This document shows positions 34,699-38,513 of a DNA stretch of 38,513 nt, piece by piece. Both the position numbers and the translations under genes were made by a program. Numbering within the stretch: the stretch's first letter is position 1; each line of letters opens with the position of its first letter. Below the pieces are notes generated by a model. That model worked only from the letters and a program-made list of their open reading frames with translations. It ran no database searches and was not told the DNA's origin. Source of the DNA: Octopus bimaculoides (taxonomy: Eukaryota); contig NC_068988.1 of assembly GCF_001194135.2 (NCBI RefSeq), positions 90,604,837-90,643,349 of the forward strand, written 5' to 3'.

Positions 34699-34702
<4 letters not shown>
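34079..34702 (-). mobile_element. Non-autonomous element of about 620 bp between (ATT)n arrays
   Basis: Non-coding and GC-richer than the flanks; (GAT)n/(AAT)n tail at the minus-strand 3' end and four 20-bp terminal repeats at the other end. I recall similar sequence as a high-copy octopus repeat (unverified). Confidence 0.6.
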
Positions 34703-34743
<41 letters not shown>

Positions 34744-34744
34744 G

Positions 34745-34830
34745 GTGAGCTGGCGGTCGATGTGAGCGACTATCCCCCTCCTCTCAAATTCTAGACCTTG
34801 TACCTATAGTAGAACAGATTATTATTATTA
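34745..34830 (+). mobile_element. SINE family B, internally deleted (head joined to tail)
   Basis: ggtgagctggc joined to gtcgatgt...gaccttgtacctatagtagaa plus (ATT)n. Confidence 0.5.
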
Positions 34831-34959
34831 TTATTGACACCCACGCAATATTTTCTTACATTTGAAAACTGGAAAAGAGCAAATCGACTCAGGAAGTAAA
34901 CGAAAAGTACTTGTTATCTTGTTATCAGTAGGCCATGATGAAGTAGATAGACTTTTGAA

Positions 34960-35512
34960 ACCAACGTAAAGTGCAAAATATCAGTGTTAGATCAACCAAG
35001 TAGTGTTTACATAAGCAGCATAAAGTGGAAAACCGGGAGTACTTAAAAATCATTATCGAAATTCTATTGTTCGTAGTGATATGGGCGGGGTTTCTGAGAT
35101 TAAAAGTGACAACTTCTTGAAACTTGTACATATATTATACCAAGTTGGTTAGAAGCATATATACAATGGATCTCATTAATTGTCCCAAAGGAAGTTTTGA
35201 TATCGTAGTTGAGGCTATTTTAGGTAAGGTAGCAAATGACGTGAAGGAATGTTCAGAAAAATTCCATTATCGTTGCTAAAACATCAGACGTCACCCAGAG
35301 TTGAGCTAGTTAAAAATATCCATTAGATTCATTATTGAAGGAGAAACCAGTGAATCTTTCACCGAATTTTACACACCGCTTTCTACTGAAGGAAGTCTCC
35401 ACAATGAGTTAAAAACATACATTCTCGAGTGGAAACTTAATAAAATTATCGGAAAATATTATGACGGCGCACCAAATATGTGCGGTTTGCGTAGAGGTTT
35501 AGCAACAAGAAC
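34960..35512 (+). pseudogene. hAT (ZMYM1/DUF4371-like) transposase middle remnant
   Basis: ENREYLKIIIEILLFV, NFLKLV, IVAKTSDVT (first catalytic region, DETSD-like), YYDGAPNMCGLRRGLATR (YDGAxNM motif). Confidence 0.75.
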
Positions 35513-35536
35513 TTTTGGTGCTAGTGGTCAATCATG

Positions 35537-35580
<44 letters not shown>

Positions 35581-36108
35581 NNNNNNNNNNNNNNNNNNNN
35601 NNNNNNNNNNNNNNNNNNNNNNNNNNNNNNNNNNNNNNNNNNNNNNNNNNNNNNNNNNNNNNNNNNNNNNNNNNNNNNNNNNNNNNNNNNNNNNNNNNNN
35701 AAGTAAAGTAATGTTTCTGTCTTTGTTCATTGTTATAGGTTTCTCATAAATCTCGGTATGCAATATGCACAGACACATACTTAGCCCCTCTGCAATGTTT
35801 AAGAACTACACAGAGTCCGCACAAATTTCTCGAGGCCAGCCCGAAGCGACATACACTTCGAAAGCATCAAGATCGATAGAGAATAAATTTAAGTGTAATA
35901 ATAGTGGTCTTCTTGTTGATATGAAGAAGCAAAAGCCATCATACAGTAATCACCTTAGATCGTAGCGGCATTGATTGAACTGACAAATGATCGAAACCAC
36001 GAACTATAATAACCAATAGCGGATTATTTAACACCATATACGATTTTCACTTCACTAGACTGTTTGCACTGAAAATAACACTCTCAACACAAACAGTCTC
36101 AGTAAATA

Positions 36109-36940
36109 CATGGTCTGATCAATAAGTATCCGGGTTGTTGCCATAATAACGAAGCTAAAGCACACAGAGTGAAGCCACTTGGCAACGATTGACCTAGAAC
36201 TCTGCTGTGCATGCACACGAAATTTTAGCGTTCTAGCTCACTCTCACTGTTTACAGCAGTGCTTGGAAGGAAGGTGTGTAGCGTGGTCAGGACAGAGAAA
36301 GTTGAGCGGAGAATCTCCATCAAATTTTGCCAAAAGCTTGGCGATACCTGCTCAGAGACCTACGCAAAGTTTTCGAAAAGTTTTCATCGTTCTCGACACA
36401 ATCAAGAACTTGTGCAACTGAAACCCGAGTGTCTTTTTGATCAGCTGAAAGCAGTTTAGGCGCAAACTTGGCAGACACGCACCTCATACCGAAATCTTCG
36501 ATGATAATGGACTGAACTGAACCGTAACTAATCTGCAGATCCTCTAATAACTCACGGATGGTGATTCGACGATTTCCCTTCACAGCTGCGCGCACATCTG
36601 CGATGTCTTTCTCAGTTCTGCTGGTTGCAGGTTTCCCAAAACGTTCGTCAAAATCGACATTTTTTGGCTCTCTTGGAAACGTCTGAACCACTCGTACACT
36701 TCTGTGCGGCTCATACACTCCTCTCCATAAACTTTCTGCCACTCTGCGTAGGCCTCTGGGCAGGTATCGCCATGACAACTTTCTCTGTCGTGATCAATGC
36801 GACGATCACACGTTACACACGTTCCTTCCAAGCATTGCTGTAAACAGAGTTCAAGATCAATTTTTGGCAAGCTACTTTACTCTGCGTGCTTTAGCTGCGT
36901 TACTACAGCAATAATCCAGATACTTATTGATCAGATTTCA
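36109..36940. mobile_element. Foldback mariner derivative: two 5' ends in inverted orientation
   Basis: Both ends carry TA plus the tctgatcaataagtatc TIR. The plus arm encodes VERRISIKFCQKLGDTCSETYAK; the minus arm encodes GDTCPEAYAEWQKVYGEECMSRTEVYEWFRRF...RRITIREL...SAKFAPKLL. Confidence 0.87.
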
Positions 36941-37249
36941 TACATATGAGTAAATACTCAGATGTTTATAACAGCTACAGCAGCCTAGCAAACCCTCACT
37001 AACTGTAGAAATAAAACAGAATTAAGATGTTTGGAAATGTGCTGTAAAGTTAGATGAAATCATCCAGTCACATTCTCATCCATAGAAGCAGGTATTCTCC
37101 AGAGACAAACAAATCTCGTCGATGGTTGGTTAAAACAATTGGCAACAGAGATGCCATTGGATCAAACTGTCAAAGACTTCCATCGTATATGTGTTGCATC
37201 GTTGATAAATGAAAGATCTTACGTCGTCGGAAGCATTGACCTATAACAA

Positions 37250-37985
37250 TAACTAGAAAGGGTCGCTTGCGACACAGAGCAAGTGATATTGTTATGCAAA
37301 TTGTTGTAGCGTTGCATATAATGCCTAATCAATTTGCAAACACTAAGACAACTTGTCCTCTTAAGCAAGTCTGCGCATGTGAGTAGAGTTCCACTGAATA
37401 GGTGGAGAAGTTCAAATATCCCGGGGCCGTTTGCATGAGTAATAAAAGGCAGGAGGCTGAATGACGTGCAAGAATTGCAGGAGCTAATGCAGTAATGAGG
37501 TAGCTTCAGCATTCGGTCATCAAAAGAGCGATGTAGGTATAAAAGCTAAACTCGCCATCTTCACTTAGCTGTTCATACTTATCCTTAACTATGGACATGA
37601 ATTTTGAGTAATAACCGAAAGAATATGGTCGCGAATACAAGCGGTCGAATAGAGCTTCCGCCGAAAAGGTCTTTCCAGTAACGTCACTCAATAGAGTGCA
37701 TAGTTCGGAAATCAAAGTGACGCTCCAGGTAGAGCTGCTACATCTCGAACTGAGCCCCCCCCCCCACCATTCTACGAACATATAGTAAGAATGTCTCTGG
37801 AAAGAATCGCTTGGATAGGTTTTACTGGCAAAACTAACCAGAAGGAGACCACGTGCAAGATGGTTAGATAGCATTCATGTCTCCGTTTGTCTCGCTCGGG
37901 GATCCAACCGGATCAATTGGAGACATTTGATTCTGTGCTGTTGGTTTATTTACATCCCCATAACTTACTGGTTTGACAAGAAGAG
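37250..37985 (+). pseudogene. RTE-clade LINE 3' fragment (same type as 32085-32650, opposite strand)
   Basis: EKFKYPGAV (37405), RIAGANAVMR*LQHSV, LNYGHE, SRIQAVE, RRPRARWLD. Confidence 0.85.
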
Positions 37986-38059
37986 ACTGATAGAATAAGT
38001 ATCATATATGTGTGTGTGTATGCGTGTGTGTGTGTATGTATGTATGTATGTATGTATAA

Positions 38060-38108
<49 letters not shown>

Positions 38109-38159
38109 TGTATGTATATATCTGTATATAATACACACACACACACATACACACACCAC

Positions 38160-38268
38160 AGGCTTATTTCAGCCCAAGGTTATAGTACAAGACACTTGCC
38201 CAAGGTGTCACGCAGTGGGACTGAACCCGGGAACCATGTTGGGAAGCAAGTGTCTTACCACACAGCCA
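38160..38268 (-). mobile_element. SINE family C, 5' part
   Basis: tatagtacaagacacttgcccaaggtgtcacgcagtgggactgaacccgggaaccatg...cttaccacacagccac. Confidence 0.85.
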
Positions 38269-38424
38269 CATACAAACATAAATACAAACATGTACGTACG
38301 TACGTACGTACGTACGTACGTGTGCGTACGTGTGCGTGTGTGTGTGTGTGTATGTGTGTGTATGTGTGTGTGTGTGTGTGCGTGTGTGTGCACGCGAAAA
38401 AGAGAGAGAGAGAATGTGTGTCAT

Positions 38425-38513
38425 CTTTTATCTTTTACTTGTTTTAGTCATCAGACCGCGGCCATGCTGTGGCACCGTCTTGAAGAGTTTTTAATCGAAC
38501 TAATCGACCCCAT
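38425..38513 (-). mobile_element. SINE family C, 3' end, cut by the window edge
   Basis: tcttttacttgttttagtcatcagaccgcggccatgctgtggcacc matches 20645-20700. Confidence 0.8.

Noticed and set aside
34620-34702. CRISPR-like look of the 20-bp repeats (and the 33-bp repeats at 31197)
   Set aside because: No unique spacers, no cas genes, eukaryotic context.

Overview
Draft-quality eukaryotic scaffold: AT-rich, saturated with microsatellites, and broken by 11 N-gaps, each next to a simple repeat. The tRNA-headed SINE families look like those I recall from octopus, but that assignment is inference, not a database result. I could not identify any host protein-coding gene; most ORF-track entries are translated microsatellites or gaps. 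The window is mostly decayed transposons: at least 4 SINE families, 5 mariner-type elements (one full-length with TIRs and TA target duplications, one foldback made of two 5' ends), 2 TA-flanked MITEs, a Tx1/L1-type LINE EN-RT fragment, RTE LINE fragments, Penelope-like (PLE) RT/GIY-YIG fragments and two hAT fragments. The best unannotated signal is three different, core-intact, minimal type-I hammerhead ribozymes, all on the minus strand (4353-4387, 6734-6823, 14556-14643). Other notable items are a duplicated TATA-DRE-AATAAA block (481-636 / 22161-22335) with a near-invariant core, a dense palindrome cluster at 21747-21870, and a 134-bp inverted LINE copy joined to SINE pieces. All alignments and folds were done by eye.
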